From the NCBI RefSeq assembly GCF_036588685.1, contig NC_086375.1, positions 16,306,001-16,370,000 on the forward strand: DNA of 64,000 nt, given 5' to 3'. The notes below the pieces were generated by a model. It was not told the DNA's origin. It did no database searches and was given only the letters and a program-made list of their open reading frames with translations. This document shows, one piece after another, positions 59,986 to 64,000 of the stretch; within the stretch, counting starts at the first letter, position 1; the number at the start of each line of letters is the position of its first letter. Both the position numbers and the translations under genes were made by a program. Source of the stretch: Mytilus trossulus. Lineage: Eukaryota.

Positions 59986-62124
59986 AATCATTTGCATTAC
60001 TTATTATCTTTGTTGTCGAGGCTTGTGCAGTGCTAGAAAATAGAAGTTTGATATACATCTGACGCGAATCTTACATTCACCAGGAACTGAGGAACAGTCA
60101 ACCCAAAAAATCTGAAAACCAAATGAATATTTATAGTAATTGTATTTAACATGGATGCTTCGATTAATTATATTTTGCGTTTTTAAAGAATCCAAATGAC
60201 AACAGTATAATCGCTTTATTATTTTGTTTGAAATTAAATATTTATTAACTAAGACTACTGTATAATATGATGTTAATTAAGTAAGAGTTTGATGTTTACC
60301 AAAATGTTTTTTTGTAATTTGACATCTATATTTTACAGAAATATTAAAGTGAAAAAAATCGAGACGAACAATAACTGAAATTTATAAAAACATATAGATG
60401 TGTTGTGTTTCTTCGTTTCATTAAGTCGGTATGCAGATTGAAGTCAGAGCTTCGTGATCTAAAATAATCCAAAAAAAAATCACAGACGGGATACTTCAAA
60501 TAAGATTCAGTTCCCGCATTCAGCAAACTGATTATTTGTTTGTGAATTCCAATAATTATTCTAGATCGAGTGTTTGCATTCAGAATGAGTCACGTTCAGT
60601 GTTTCACTATAACCGCGACGTATGTTTGTTATTCTAATTATTGACCGGGTTAACATTTAGCCCTTTACAAATATACTTACCTGTGTTATAAAACTCTTTG
60701 TAAAACGGTGATAAAAGCACTGTATGATAATGAAATATTCGGGTAAGTAAATTATTATCGCTATTTTGTTGTATAAGCATGTGTAATTTATTTAACTGGC
60801 TGTGATACAGTGTGAATTCGTTTTGTTAACAGCTTCAGACACAATATTGACCTTTCTATTTCGTTACATAATAGGGGCGAGTACAGGAGAACTGATATGC
60901 AATATTCTATTACTATGTAAGTGTAAGGTCTTAGGTGTGTGGTATTTAAATACATTAGAAAACTGAACATTCAGTGCAAATAATGAAAAAATACCGTTCG
61001 AAATCATGTCTTCGTTATATATAGTACGCTACATGATGCAAACTTAAATATTAAAATAGTTCTTGTCCTCAACAATGTTCGAGCAATTCATTAATTCATT
61101 AACTGATTTATAAAATATTACTTTGATAAAAAAAAAAATAAGGAGACTGTAGTATGATTACCAAAGAGACCAACTCCTTACCACCAAAGTTTGAATTACA
61201 AGTGGATGAAATATATGCACCCGCACGACCTTCAACGATGAGAAAAAAGAAACCATGCGTATTGTCGGGTTTTAGAAAAAACCTGGCAGACATAATTATA
61301 CTAGTACAATGATGAAAAACATGTAACAGAAACACAGGTCGGACGTGGCATCGAGTTTATACATCCCTCAAAACGAAAAAGGCACAAAGTACAAATCTGA
61401 AAACACTCACATGCAGTTACTGATAGTTAGTTCGTTCAAAACCAATAACAACTGTTAAAAAAAACATGTATCGAGGTCATTGCTATGGAAAATACGGTAA
61501 TATTTATTTACGGTCAATAGCCTTGACCTCGGAGATGAAGATTGTTACAAGTTTAGTCTTATACAAAGATTTTTAAAAGTCACGGTTTAATAAAATATCT
61601 TTTAGTGAGGATTGTAGGTATACCAAATGGTATGGTCAAATACCTTAAGGTCAAATTTGAAGGTTTTTTTGTGTTTATGACACCGCAGTGGACCTGCAAT
61701 GGTCATTACTTTCCACCCAACCCACCCCCTTTTTTTACCCCCCCCCCCCCACTAGTGATCTGATATCATCTTTACTCTCTTCTTAACTTGAAAACATACA
61801 TAATGTACTATCATGATATCAAATTATATGCATATGTAATTAATTAATGAATACTTGAAATTTAAAAAAAAGAAAGAAATTGACACATATATATTGGGGG
61901 AATTTCAAGAAAATCAAATTGAATCAGATACAGTTTTACTAAGTTATATGGTGTTTTGGTTGGGTTTTTTTCATTATATTTAATTTGTCTTTATCGACCT
62001 AAAGTGGGGTCTGCTCCAATCATGCTTCAGTGATTCCCTATATAATCTAACATATGTTCCCACTAAAGGGGTGGTCCGGGCCTCGAGACTCTCCCTTTTG
62101 GTTACGCCTATGGTTTGTAATAAA

Positions 62125-62246
62125 CGGTCCCGGGTGCGGGATTTTCTAGCCGTATTTAAGACTCACTGATAGCCTTCGGCTGTTTTCTGCTCTTTGGCCG
62201 GTTGTTGTCTCTTTGACACATTCCCAATTTCCATTCTCAATTTTAT
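62125..62246 (+). repeat. Interspersed repeat fragment (bivalve-type)
   Basis: GCCTTCGGCTGTTTTCTGCTCT...GTTGTTGTCTCTTTGACACATTCCC...TTCCATTCTCAATTTT. Recognised from memory; needs a repeat-library search. Confidence 0.45.
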
Positions 62247-63232
62247 ACAATTCTTAACTGGTATCCCGTGTATATGAAATATGAATTATTGGTTGAGCAA
62301 TAATGTCGATGGCCATCATTCTCAGAACCAAACACGCACAGTACTGAAAGTTTAACTTGTGAAACTATATACTTAGTACATTAGATTCTGCCACACAATC
62401 TCATTATGTTCGATATCCATCCACTCGTGATAAAGGTCAAATTTAAAACTAGTTGTATTTTTGTAAATTTGCAAACTAAAAATCATTAAAACATTTGTTA
62501 TGGCGGGGAAAACACGAGACAAATTTTATCGTGGTTCATCAAAATTTATCATACTTGTCACAACCGGAATGAGAGAGTATAACAATTTTTTCAAATATTG
62601 GTTTATCCTTGAAATCATACGTTTCACACCCATGATTAGAGTTGACGAATTAGGTTGATTTTCGATTTATTTTTAGCTTTTCACAGTGATTCAGAAATAC
62701 ATGTTTTTACATATTCCTTTTCAAAATTTTGTTGTAATGTTTCATTTTTGTTATAGAAGTCGTAAACTACTGCATTGAATATTGGTAGCTTGAAGATACT
62801 AATAATGAAATAGCACTTACTGTTTAAATACTTTAATTAAAAATAGTATATGTTTAAGTAAAAAAAAAGTATGAGATAGCAATCTAGTCGAAACTCACTT
62901 GGTTTGTGATAAATAGTCAATAAGTTTCCAACCCATTTTCTAACATGACAACACTTTCCCCCGTTTTATTCTTCTTCTCTTCTTCTTTAGTTACAGAAAA
63001 CCATCATCATTTTGAAGATTACATTCTGGCGCATGTCTGATTGAGGTTGCTTTTTAAAATTAATTTCAATTTTTCTTTATTTTTAAGATTTACAATTTTT
63101 ATTGAACTTTTATTGATAATAATGCTTATATTTGTCAAAACTTAATTGTAATTTGTCATTTGAAAGATCCACTGTTAACTTTTGAAAACTTCGCCCCTAA
63201 ACAAAAACACACACATATGAATATACTAGCCT

Positions 63233-63290
63233 GGAGATGTGGTATAATTGCCAATGAGACAACTATTCAACAGAGCCCAGATTAACCAAT
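63233..63290 (+). repeat. Short interspersed repeat fragment (bivalve-type)
   Basis: AGATGTGGTATAATTGCCAATGAGACAACT. Recognised from memory as a high-copy mussel repeat; unverified. Confidence 0.4.
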
Positions 63291-64000
63291 AATCAACAGA
63301 AGACGTACTTTAGTGGCGCTAATGAAGTTGTATACAGCCCGTAACAGAGTAGAGATCGAATTCACGTTTCTTTTCCGTCAGAATAAGTTACGTTATCGAC
63401 AAACTTATTTCAGAAGTGACATAATTTAATTTTCTTTATCGACAAATATTTCATGTCCAACGTGTAAGATTTCATTGTTTAAGTCGAAGTTTTTTTAACA
63501 CAGTAAATCATTTTTTATAATCAACCTCTTCCATTGGCATTTTCATTTTAACGGTAAAGTTAATGTTGCTCAATGAAAATATTATATACTGCTTGCACTG
63601 TGAATATTTATGGGATTCAACACTGTAATAGTTTTTCTTTCGTCTGATACAGAATACCCCATATCTTTTCTTTTTCATATCTATCTGTTTATTGTGCCCC
63701 CGGTATAGTGTCAATCATACATCGTTGCAATACCGACATGCTTGTACTTTGTCACAGAAAAAAGAAAAAACTGAAATAAATTTCCTTCAAATCGAAGTAA
63801 AAATACAAATGTACCCTTTAACATTTGAAATGTTAAAGACAAAATTGCTCTATATCTTAAGTTATTGACGAATATTTGAAATTTAAACCTCTATAAGAAG
63901 TGATGATGTACGGCATTTCATTTTATCATTGGTAATGATCCATATCTGACAGAAAAGAAATATTCATAATTCTCAGAAAATTTTCGTAAATATTGTTAGA

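Noticed and set aside
61711-61750. C-rich tract (possible G-quadruplex on the minus strand)
   Set aside because: A simple low-complexity homopolymer run with no further support.
60004-63714. Short 60-75 aa ORFs in the right flank (and 581-769, 1817-2005 on the left)
   Set aside because: Short, AT-biased composition, no domains; several overlap repeats.

Overview
AT-rich eukaryotic genomic DNA. Several flank repeats resemble ones I recall from Mytilus/bivalve genomes, but this is unverified. About 57 kb (~1,999-58,953) is a head-to-tail tandem array of a ~1,890-bp unit. Each unit carries one intronless minus-strand Ser/Thr protein kinase gene of the CAMK group, most similar in motifs to testis-specific TSSK kinases, plus a ~1.1-kb spacer. 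There are 30 near-identical copies: 27 are essentially full length, copy 21 has an in-frame 18-bp deletion, copy 1 has a nonsense mutation and copy 30 is 5'-truncated. The likely true start is the ATG of MEFLMN (245 aa), just downstream of a TATA box, rather than the TTG used by the ORF track. The kinase is atypical: no Gly-rich loop, HND instead of HRD, and Glu at the activation-loop phospho-Thr position. Each unit also has a perfect 18-bp hairpin plus U-tract 12 nt after the stop codon, and 8 exact copies of the 9-mer GTTTACCGT. Shared variants reveal 7-unit and 9-unit higher-order duplications. Diverged relics of the gene bound both ends of the array. A PIF/Harbinger-type MITE is inserted in one spacer. 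The right flank (59-64 kb) is non-coding and contains interspersed repeats and a second TIR element. Residue numbers below follow the 283-aa ORF-track translation.
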